This document shows, one piece after another, positions 47,164 through 54,283 of a stretch of 54,283 bases of DNA (position 1 is the stretch's first letter; every line of letters begins with the position of its first letter). The DNA comes from an uncultured Pseudomonadota bacterium (GTDB lineage Bacteria > Pseudomonadota > Gammaproteobacteria > Burkholderiales > Eutrophovitaceae), in the NCBI GenBank assembly GCA_913057675.1, contig CAJXOL010000002.1:1-54283 (forward strand), read 5' to 3'. The notes beneath the pieces were generated by a model, which worked only from the letters and a program-made list of their open reading frames with translations, was not told the origin of the DNA and ran no database searches. The position numbers and the translations under genes are program-made.

Positions 47164-47751
47164 ATGGCTAAAAAAGATTTAAAAATATTAGGTTTATCAG
47201 GAAGTCTCCGTGAGGGATCTTTCAACAAAAAGCTTCTGGCGTTAGTGCTCAGAAGCGCAGAGCGTCATGGTGCGTTGGTATCTGAAATAGATTTAAATAA
47301 AACACCTCTGCCTTTTTATGATGCTGATTTAGAGGCGCGTGAGGGCATACCCAGCAACGTTCAGGCGTTCAAGAAAAAATTTTTAGACGCCGATGGACTG
47401 ATGATTGCGACGCCTGAATATAATGGCTTTTTCCCTGGGGTATTAAAAAACTGTTTAGACTGGTTATCGAGACGCAGCAGTATTGAAGATCCAATATTGT
47501 CTTCCTACAGCGGTAAGGTAGCTGGACTGATGTCCGCAACCGTTGGTGGAAGCGGTGGGATAAGGTCTTTGACTGCTTTAACGACTCAGTTGCAATATCT
47601 TGGTGTCATGGTACTTCCTCGGCCATTTTCCTTGGTGCACGCGGCTAAAGCTTTTTCCGATGGAGGAACATTGTCGCCAGAATATCTATCCTCAATCGAT
47701 GAGATGACTTCATCGCTTATCGATACACTCCAAAAACTTAAACAAGACTGA
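47164..47751 (+). CDS. NADPH-dependent FMN reductase family protein
   Basis: It contains ILGLSGSLREGSFNKKL...ATPEYNGFFPGVLKNCLDW, the FMN_red signature. Confidence 0.8.
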   Translation: MAKKDLKILGLSGSLREGSFNKKLLALVLRSAERHGALVSEIDLNKTPLPFYDADLEAREGIPSNVQAFKKKFLDADGLMIATPEYNGFFPGVLKNCLDWLSRRSSIEDPILSSYSGKVAGLMSATVGGSGGIRSLTALTTQLQYLGVMVLPRPFSLVHAAKAFSDGGTLSPEYLSSIDEMTSSLIDTLQKLKQD

Positions 47752-47769
47752 CGGCAAAGAGGTAAATCT

Positions 47770-48174
47770 ATGCGTTTAAACTATTTGATTTCTATATTAC
47801 TTTTCTTTCCTTTTTTTGCGACAGCAGAAACATGGGTTGACGTGGGTGCAGATACTGAGGCCAAGTACTATGTAGACCTTGATTCGATAAAGGTTGAAGG
47901 TGCCAACACCAATGTCATGAAAAAAGGGATCTATACGAACGTTATGGGAGAAAAACTCGATGGGGAGAAGCTGGTGGTGTTTAAGATCACTATGGCTCGT
48001 CTTGAGTTAGATTGTGCGCGTGAACTGAATCGTGTGACGCAAATTGATATGTTAAGTGAGAGCGATGAGATTGTATGGTCTTCTGGTTACATGTCTAGAA
48101 GGGTGTGGTTGTCAATTAAAGATCAGGGGCATGCGCGTACCACCTATGACTTGATTTGCGCTCAAGTCAGATAA
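47770..48174 (+). CDS. Exported protein, possibly surface-adhesin-protein-E-like fold
   Basis: It has a signal peptide. The blocks YYVDLDSIKVE, LELDCARELNRVTQID and TYDLICA resemble H. influenzae protein E as I recall it. Confidence 0.45.
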   Translation: MRLNYLISILLFFPFFATAETWVDVGADTEAKYYVDLDSIKVEGANTNVMKKGIYTNVMGEKLDGEKLVVFKITMARLELDCARELNRVTQIDMLSESDEIVWSSGYMSRRVWLSIKDQGHARTTYDLICAQVR

Positions 48175-48177
48175 ATT

Positions 48178-48207
48178 ACAAAAGGCCGGATGTCACCGAC
48201 CTTTTGT
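48178..48207. terminator. Bidirectional hairpin terminator between convergent genes
   Basis: The stem ACAAAAGGCCGG/CCGACCTTTTGT pairs at 11 of 12 positions around a 6-nt loop. Its ends are A/T-rich on both strands. Confidence 0.6.
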
Positions 48208-48214
48208 AACAAGA

Positions 48215-48718
48215 CTATCGTTGATAGTTTGGGTCGTCTTCTGGGTTAATCCATGACATATCTGTTGGTCCAAATCCAGACTCTTGAAGAATTACTTCGG
48301 TTCTTGCCCAGGCGTAATGCGCGGTGTTGGCGTCTGTAATGTAGAACGACCCTTCTTCCATTGTTTTCATGGGTCGCATATCGAATTGATCTCCACTTCC
48401 GATCCAGTATGTTCCCTTTAAAACGGTCACTGTGCGTTGATCCTTGTGTTTGTGTGGAGGGAGTTTATAGCCGGATGGCATTTTTACACGGAAAGTGTAG
48501 GGCCCGGCTTTTTGTGGATCTCCGTGTATCACTATCATGCGCATACCCCATGGTGTATGGCGATTGCGCTCCCACTTCATTGTCTCTGGGTCGGCGGTGA
48601 CAAGATCACTTCTCATCATCACCGTGCTGCCGCTGTGATGATCAGCGCTGGCTGATTGCGCCATCATTGTGAGTACTGCGGCTAAAGGAATTAGTCCTAG
48701 AACTTTCAAAAACCTCAT
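48215..48718 (-). CDS. Exported cupin-domain protein
   Basis: The ATG at 48718 is preceded by a strong AGGAGG and gives MRFLKVLGLIPLAAVLTMMAQSASA. The cupin core is HKHKDQRTVTVLKG...AHY. Confidence 0.65.
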   Translation of the reverse strand: MRFLKVLGLIPLAAVLTMMAQSASADHHSGSTVMMRSDLVTADPETMKWERNRHTPWGMRMIVIHGDPQKAGPYTFRVKMPSGYKLPPHKHKDQRTVTVLKGTYWIGSGDQFDMRPMKTMEEGSFYITDANTAHYAWARTEVILQESGFGPTDMSWINPEDDPNYQR

Positions 48719-49034
48719 GCTTCCTCCTTTTGAATATTTTATTTTTTTAAGAGCTACTTTGATAAGTTGTGACAATAAATTTTAGTTTATTTTGAATTTT
48801 GCTGTTGATTTACTTGTTTTCTGAAGGTGAGGCCTGCCGCTTGGATGATTCTGTTTACTCGAAGCTGCACGTGACTGCCTCTGATACTCAATGCCTATTT
48901 GATTCATCTAGGCAGTAAATGCGCAAGAGGGGGTTCTACTAAGCATCTGTTTTTGATAGGATAAATAATTCGATGAGTTGATGTTGCATCAGGTTAAGTA
49001 ATCTTTTTATTTTGTTTTCTGATGGGAATCGGTT

Positions 49035-49274
49035 ATGGGGATGAACATACGTAAATGCTTATTGATTTTAACAATCGCCTTACTGTGTGCGTCGGTATCA
49101 CACGCGGAAGATAAGGTGGTCTGTGACTGTCATGTTAAAAATGACAAGACATCGTGCGAGGTCAGTAGAGAGGTCAAGCCGGGAAACGAATGTGCTTGTG
49201 TGAAAAAAACTATGTACGGAAAACGTAAATTTAAGGCTGAGACCTGCGTCTTTGATGATTCAAGCGCACAATAG
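49035..49274 (+). CDS. Small exported cysteine-rich protein (six Cys in the ~55-aa mature part)
   Basis: The signal peptide ends VSHA. The mature sequence is EDKVVCDCHVKNDKTSCEV...ECACVKK...ETCVF. The gene ends 31 nt upstream of the U32 gene start. Confidence 0.5.
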   Translation: MGMNIRKCLLILTIALLCASVSHAEDKVVCDCHVKNDKTSCEVSREVKPGNECACVKKTMYGKRKFKAETCVFDDSSAQ

Positions 49275-49305
49275 CGTTGTTTAAATTAGTTTTTAGGAGT
49301 TGAGT

Positions 49306-50979
49306 ATGGAAAATATGCCGGTACGTCGTTCAGAACTGCTGATGCCTGCGGGTTCGCTGGAGCGGCTGAAAGTAGGTGTCCTATATGGAGCAGATGCTAT
49401 TTATCTGGGCACACCGGATATGTCTATGCGAACTAAATCTCAGTTCAACCTTGAGGACATTAAGGAAGGAATCAGTTTCGCGCACGAACGTAATGTTCGC
49501 GTTTATTTGACGCTGAATATTTTTACGCACAATAAAGATATTCCGAAGCTAGACGCGTATATCAATACTTTGAAAGAGGTGCGCCCGGATGGAGTTATTG
49601 TTTCGGATCCTGGTGTCTTTCATTATCTGCGGGAACACGCTCCAGAGTTTAATATTCACATTTCTACGCAGGCGAACGTTTGCTCCTGGATGACCGTTAA
49701 GTTCTGGAAAGATCAGGGTGCTGAGCTAATTGTTCTTGCGCGCGAAGTGACGTTTGCTGAGCTTGAAGAGATTCGGGAAAAATGTACGGATGTTCGTCTT
49801 GAAACGTTTGTTCACGGCGCTATGTGTATGACGTATTCAGGCCGTTGTTTGCTCTCAAATTTTATGGCTGAAAGAGGAGCCAATCAGGGCAATTGCGCCA
49901 ACAGTTGTCGGTGGCAATATAAGGTCCACTTGCGCTTAAATGATGGCACTATTAAAGAGCTCGAACTCTCAGAAGAAAATATGAAGCTCTTTGAGTTCGT
50001 GCTCGAAGAAGGGCATCGCCCAGGTGATTTAATGCCGATTGAGGAGGATGATCGCGGTTCATACATACTCAATTCAAAGGATTTATGTTTGATGCCGAAG
50101 CTCAATGACTACTTAAGAATTGGAGTGGATAGCCTCAAGATAGAAGGTCGGGGTAAGAGTCCTTATTATTTAGCGACTACCGCACGCGCTTATCGACGGG
50201 CCATTGATGATTACTATGAGGATCCAGAAGCTTGGGATTATCGTCCGTACATGCGTGAACTTGAAATGACCGGTAATCGTGGTTACACACTCGCTTTTCA
50301 TGAGGGGCGCGTCACAAATTACGCACACAATTATGAGAATACGAATAGTGTTGCTGCTTGGGAATTTGGCGGTATTGTGCGCTCAGTTACAGAAGACACA
50401 TTAATTATGGAGGTTAAGAACAAACTCCGATCAGGAGATGTGCTCGAGTTCATCCCACCGAACCCAAAGGATGAGCCAGTGTTGCTGCGTTTGTATGAGT
50501 TCGACGTGGTGGGTATGGAAGGCCCACAAGAAGTGATTCATGGGGGCCCTCAATGCAAAATACGGATCCCATTATCAGCGTTTGATCGCGAGATTTCTGA
50601 GGATATGCTGAGAAAATTTCCGGAATTCACTGTCGTGAGAAAAGAGTCTTTATTGACCGAGGAGGAGTGGGAGCGCATACGTCTGGATCAGTTGACGCAG
50701 AAAATCGAGTTAGGCCGATCCTCTCCTGAGCGCTATGGAGATGCCGTGCAGCGCCTTAAAAACACCATTAGTACTGAAACGCTGGATAAGCGTGCCAAGA
50801 CGACAAGTAAAGGGCTTCATGGATGCTGTGGACGAGGGTGTAATGGTTGTTTGATGTTTTGGAATGATCCTAAGTATGAGACAGCACGGGCTTTAATGGC
50901 AGGCAAAAAATCCGGAGAGATGTTGAGTCAAAATATGAGGGATGATGTCATCGAGGCGCGGGCTGCTATAGGCGCCTAA
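49306..50979 (+). CDS. trhP: U32-family protein of the TrhP/YegQ type (prephenate-dependent tRNA ho5U34 hydroxylase family) with a ~100-aa C-terminal extension carrying a CCGxGCxGC motif
   Basis: Long collinear similarity to E. coli YegQ as I recall it (FVHGAMCMTYSGRCLLSNFMAERGANQGNCANSCRWQY; NSKDL...LKIEGRGKSPYY). The Fe-S motif C-x6-C-x15-C-x3-C is intact. The ATG at 49306 lies 6 nt after AGGAG. Confidence 0.78.
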   Translation: MENMPVRRSELLMPAGSLERLKVGVLYGADAIYLGTPDMSMRTKSQFNLEDIKEGISFAHERNVRVYLTLNIFTHNKDIPKLDAYINTLKEVRPDGVIVSDPGVFHYLREHAPEFNIHISTQANVCSWMTVKFWKDQGAELIVLAREVTFAELEEIREKCTDVRLETFVHGAMCMTYSGRCLLSNFMAERGANQGNCANSCRWQYKVHLRLNDGTIKELELSEENMKLFEFVLEEGHRPGDLMPIEEDDRGSYILNSKDLCLMPKLNDYLRIGVDSLKIEGRGKSPYYLATTARAYRRAIDDYYEDPEAWDYRPYMRELEMTGNRGYTLAFHEGRVTNYAHNYENTNSVAAWEFGGIVRSVTEDTLIMEVKNKLRSGDVLEFIPPNPKDEPVLLRLYEFDVVGMEGPQEVIHGGPQCKIRIPLSAFDREISEDMLRKFPEFTVVRKESLLTEEEWERIRLDQLTQKIELGRSSPERYGDAVQRLKNTISTETLDKRAKTTSKGLHGCCGRGCNGCLMFWNDPKYETARALMAGKKSGEMLSQNMRDDVIEARAAIGA

Positions 50980-51002
50980 TTCAAAGAGGTGGTGATAGAT
51001 TT

Positions 51003-51860
51003 CTATGGTAGATCGCGAACGACTCTAAATCCAAGATCTTCCTCGTTAGAAGTTAAATCTTTGAACCGGGTTGATTCAGTCAAATAATAAGGCTCGTTGG
51101 ATAACCATGAGCTACCGCGATACCCACGCAACGAGCAATCGCCTGCGAGCCATGGTTTGCCGGTAGTTGGAAATCTTCCGCGACCCTGACCACCCGGACT
51201 AGGGCAATCCTCTGTCCATTCGTATGCGTTGCCAATGGTGTCGTATAAACCGAACTCATTTGCTGCGAATTGTCCGACCTCAGATAAGGTGACTTGGCCA
51301 TCGTCACACGGCAGGGTATCGAGGCCGTAACCCAGTTCCGACTCGGCACTTTGGTCGTAGACGTTACCATAGGCACATACGTCCTCAGGTTCGATGTTGA
51401 AGTATCGATTCATACCTAGATCACCCCTCGCGGCATATTCCCACTCTGTATTGGAGGGGAGTCGATAGTTAAATCCGGTTCTTTTGGACAGCCATTTTGT
51501 ATATTTGATGGCCTGTTTCCAATTCAGCTGCGTGACGGGGTGTTGTCCCAAGAGTGTTGTGTCAGCATCTATGCGGTCGCATCCTTCGTCTTCGATGCAA
51601 GCCTGCCACTGACTGTTGGTCACTTGATGGACACCCACAGCGAATGGTTGGGGGAAAATAACACGCATATACCAACCAACATTATGCCCTCGGCCTGATG
51701 GGCCTGGGGGAAGTCGTATGTCTATTTCTCCAGCAGGGATGATCGCAAGAGTGGGGCACACATTGCAATCTGAAATAAGTTTTGAGTCAGCGTTTGCATG
51801 GCTGACTGCGAGAGTCATGCAGCAAATTAATAACGAGGCTACTGATAAGTGTGTAGACAT
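51003..51860 (-). CDS. Exported formylglycine-generating-enzyme (SUMF1/FGE-sulfatase) family protein
   Basis: It has a signal peptide and the FGE-family blocks HPVTQLNWKQAIKYTKWLS, RLPSNTEWEYAARG, NEFGLYDTIGNAYEWTED and YRGSSW. Confidence 0.8.
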   Translation of the reverse strand: MSTHLSVASLLICCMTLAVSHANADSKLISDCNVCPTLAIIPAGEIDIRLPPGPSGRGHNVGWYMRVIFPQPFAVGVHQVTNSQWQACIEDEGCDRIDADTTLLGQHPVTQLNWKQAIKYTKWLSKRTGFNYRLPSNTEWEYAARGDLGMNRYFNIEPEDVCAYGNVYDQSAESELGYGLDTLPCDDGQVTLSEVGQFAANEFGLYDTIGNAYEWTEDCPSPGGQGRGRFPTTGKPWLAGDCSLRGYRGSSWLSNEPYYLTESTRFKDLTSNEEDLGFRVVRDLP

Positions 51861-52162
51861 GTAGGCAAAGTTTACTCTAAAGCCATAAATCTTGGCAACG
51901 GCCTCTCTTGAGTCTGTTGATTTTTGTTATGAGGTCTTTTGAGGATAAATAGATAGAGGTTGGTAATAACTTGATTTTGCATCTTGAGGTTCTTGTCCAC
52001 GTTTTCTATAACGATATGTTTTATATCTTGTGAATGAAAGTAAGTAAAAATAGATTTATTCACACCATCTTAAATAAATGTCCGTTGTAGCTAGCGTCAA
52101 CTGCTTTGTGTGGTTGGCTTTTTTTATTGCTACGTGTTCGTACTCAAGTGGTGGTGCGTAGA

Positions 52163-52606
52163 TTAGGTTGCTATTAATCGGGTCATACGATCTTTGGCTT
52201 CTGGAGATTGCGCATCTTCCCACGCTTGCTCTTCGCCGGGCTCGGGTAGCACGGCTCCGAATTCAGCAACTTGGTTAGCTGGGATGTCGGTCAAATAAAC
52301 TTGTAGGCTTGACTTGTCTGCGCCAGTTTCGTGAGCTACGGTATGCAGAATATCAGTGATGATTTGTTGCTTTGACTCGAGCGTTCGTCCGCCGCGTATG
52401 TGGGCATGGACGTAAATGTTGTCTTCCTCTAATGGTTTACCCGCTAGAAAATAGTTTTCCGCAGGCACATCATTAAATAAGATCTGTACAAAGTACCTAG
52501 GAGCTCCAGTAACCGAGCAATGAATGTTAGTGATCTGTTTGGCAATATTCGCTTTGTGTGCTTTCGTGAGTCTCTGTGGTGTTGAAGTTACGACATACGT
52601 TGGCAT
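52163..52606 (-). CDS. Tautomerase-superfamily protein (Tautomerase_3-like, N-terminal Pro-1)
   Basis: The ATG at 52606 follows AAGAGGAAA and gives MPTYVV.... Pro follows the initiator Met, as in 4-OT family enzymes. TGAP.YFVQ and PEPGEEQAW blocks are present. Confidence 0.68.
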   Translation of the reverse strand: MPTYVVTSTPQRLTKAHKANIAKQITNIHCSVTGAPRYFVQILFNDVPAENYFLAGKPLEEDNIYVHAHIRGGRTLESKQQIITDILHTVAHETGADKSSLQVYLTDIPANQVAEFGAVLPEPGEEQAWEDAQSPEAKDRMTRLIAT

Positions 52607-53578
52607 TTTATTTTCCTCTTTGTTGTTAGAAATAATGGCCAAAATAATAACTCTAACGCAAATTATTCAGATGTGCTCTTCTTTAGTTCAAAGACTATAG
52701 CGTACATATTTGGGCGCTAAACAGCACATCAACAATTAATAATAATCGAATATAACGTAATGTTTTATAGTGCGGAGTAATTTATAGTTCGATGTAAATA
52801 GTAGGTGACGAGATGGCACATCTTTCACGGTATACAAAAAAATTTTCAACCAAGCGTCACGTCTAGATTGGCTCAATGGCTCACGGGGCGAATAGTATCG
52901 TGCATGTGGGAAACCCGCTCCAGCGATATAAATAGTGCTATAGATCATGAATTTCGGGAGTCATGCAGTGGGACTTCAATCATGCCACTTAATACTTATA
53001 GTCACCTGTCATCCGACTGTGTTTTCCGGTACCTCGAATAATTAACATTGTTCCAGTACCACCACACCCGAGATCAGTAGCCCCATTCCAACGCTCTGAA
53101 AATGAAATCAACTCAACACACGAGGTATTCTTTTCAACTCCAGCTGGCTGCGTATTCTGGTGATGGTTCCACCTGCCAACACGTAAGCCTCAAGTCAACA
53201 TGCGTGCATCTTTAGGCGCCGGTTCAGCTGTTGCCATGGACTTCACCCACTATCGTCAAAATGATGACCACCAATGTCTTACTGTTCGACGGCATTTCTT
53301 GCAAGTCTTGCTTGAATGCTTTAACTGTTTTAAACGTTATGTTCGCATGAATCCAGGGGCTCAACCTTAGTAACCATCTAAAAACCCAGGCCTTCTATCA
53401 CTCGCATCGTATTCATTGCATCGCGTTAGTGCATGGGCGATCAAAAGTGTTCACATCCAGTGCGAGGTTCTAATTTACCCCCTAATAAAGCCCCAAAAAA
53501 TAATTGGCACGCTAATTGCTTAATACCAAGTGGGGACCAAATTTACTTCTTTTTTTCAAATCACGGAGAAACAGCACA

Positions 53579-54247
53579 ATGAAAAAGTACACGTTAACCA
53601 CAGCAACCCTCCTAACCGCCCTATCAAGCACGGCCATGGCCGCGGACGTTGGTGGTGGTTTTGACCTCAGTGGTAACCTCGGAATGGTATCTGAATACTA
53701 TTGGAGGGGACAGGATCAAAATAGCGGTGATCCTGCGGTCCAGGGCGGTTTCGATTTAGGTCATGAATCTGGGCTTTACTTTGGTATTTGGAGCTCTGCT
53801 GCCAGCGGCACTGCTTCCTCGGAAGTAGATTACTACGGTGGGTATGCCGGTGAAATGGGTGCCGTGGCTTATGATGTAGGTATGATCACGTATCAGTATC
53901 CTGGTGTAGACTCGGCGGCCAACGGAAGTCCAAGCTTTGAAGAAGCCTACCTCAGCCTAGGAACCACCCTTGGCATGGTCGATATCGGCGTAACTCACTA
54001 CGCAGCAGCATCAGACGACAATGACGCGACCGAATTCAGTATCGGCACGACCTTCGCCGGGATTGGTGCCTCATATACTATGGGGGACTATGACAAAACT
54101 GGAGATTACTATTCTTTTACCCTGTCGAAGGAAGTCTTGGAGGCATATCCAATTGAACTAGCGCTGTCGTATACCGAGATGGACTTTGATGATGCTTCGG
54201 CAACAGATGACGACGCAATCATCTTCGGCATCTCTAAGGGGTTCTAA
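53579..54247 (+). CDS. TorF-family (TIGR02001-like) putative outer-membrane porin
   Basis: The ATG at 53579 follows GGAGA. It has a signal peptide ending AMA. The sequence GNLGMVSEYYWRGQDQN and a beta-rich alternating pattern ending in F are typical of this family. Confidence 0.68.
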   Translation: MKKYTLTTATLLTALSSTAMAADVGGGFDLSGNLGMVSEYYWRGQDQNSGDPAVQGGFDLGHESGLYFGIWSSAASGTASSEVDYYGGYAGEMGAVAYDVGMITYQYPGVDSAANGSPSFEEAYLSLGTTLGMVDIGVTHYAAASDDNDATEFSIGTTFAGIGASYTMGDYDKTGDYYSFTLSKEVLEAYPIELALSYTEMDFDDASATDDDAIIFGISKGF

Positions 54248-54269
54248 GTCATCGTTATAAGTATTTAAC

Positions 54270-54283
54270 CTGTCTCTTATACA
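54270..54283. other. Illumina Nextera mosaic-end read-through (CTGTCTCTTATACA...); not genomic
   Basis: The last 14 nt equal the first 14 nt of CTGTCTCTTATACACATCT, the reverse complement of the Tn5 mosaic end. Confidence 0.9.

Noticed and set aside
51872-52063. 63-aa ORF in the spacer between the FGE-like and tautomerase genes
   Set aside because: The sequence is AT-rich and low-complexity, has no ribosome-binding site, and I recognise no motif. It is more likely promoter/terminator spacer.
52096-52125. Plus-strand hairpin (GTCAAC / GTTGGC, 11-nt loop) followed by T7, with no plus-strand gene upstream; a possible sRNA terminator
   Set aside because: The stem is only 6 bp including a G-U pair, and the loop is large. 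It is too weak to call a terminator or sRNA without expression data.
52736-53041. Two mutually overlapping opposite-strand ORFs (70 and 78 aa) in the long non-coding gap
   Set aside because: They overlap each other, lack ribosome-binding sites and have no recognisable family features. At most one could be real, so neither is called.
53261-53350. 29-codon ORF MMTTNVLLFDGISCKSCLNALTVLNVMFA resembling the start of a heavy-metal-associated (GMxCxxC) domain
   Set aside because: It is very short, the canonical GMTCxxC is not matched (GISCKSC), and no continuation appears in any frame. The resemblance may be chance. It is mentioned only as a possible pseudogene clue within the long gap.

Overview
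This is a 54.3-kb, gene-dense contig with about 56 CDS and 5 tRNAs. I found no rRNA, CRISPR array, transposase, integrase or prophage genes. GC looks to be in the low 40s percent by eye (not computed). The synteny blocks tig-clpP-clpX-lon-hupB-tRNA(Val,Asp)-ppiD, mltD-gloB-methyltransferase-rnhA-dnaQ and gltX-tRNA(Ala,Glu) look beta-/gammaproteobacterial. Many genes are translationally coupled through ATGA or TGATG overlaps. Both contig ends are Illumina Nextera adapter sequence (1-48 and 54270-54283), so the ends are library junctions and not biological boundaries. Gene content in order is as follows. 0-6.5 kb: acyl-CoA synthetase 3' end, etfBA, a long acyl-CoA dehydrogenase, a YciA-like thioesterase, ETF-ubiquinone oxidoreductase and a hotdog thioesterase. 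6.5-10.3 kb: a minus-strand hpnC-hpnD-hpnE-SDR squalene-synthesis operon placed back-to-back with tRNA-Leu. 10.5-24.2 kb: housekeeping genes (tig, clpP, clpX, lon, hupB, tRNAs, ppiD, fabI, mltD, gloB, rnhA, dnaQ). 24.2-25.9 kb: a DUF2256 mini-ORF absent from the ORF track plus an Fe-S (6-4)-photolyase/cryptochrome. 26.3-32.3 kb: the most unusual region, described below. 32.5-34.1 kb: gltX, tRNA-Ala and tRNA-Glu. 34.1-45.3 kb: an accessory-looking block that opens with a decayed guaA 3' fragment and holds DJ-1/PfpI, a DinB-like protein, a TRAP transporter and pobA-pcaCHGDB. 45.3-54.3 kb: mnmC, an FMN reductase, several small exported proteins, a TrhP/YegQ-type U32 protein with an extra cysteine-motif tail, an FGE-like protein, a tautomerase, a ~1-kb non-coding gap and a TorF-type porin. 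The best candidate for an undescribed system is at 29.1-32.3 kb. It is a co-oriented trio of a compact class-I (eukaryote-type) cyclic-nucleotide phosphodiesterase-like protein, an HD-GAF protein, and a translationally coupled paralog of that HD domain whose catalytic residues are lost. A 3-TM protein with a cNMP-binding domain and a Popeye(POPDC)-like architecture lies 2.2 kb away. No cyclase is present in the window. All functional calls rest on reading the translations and recalling family motifs. No database search was run.
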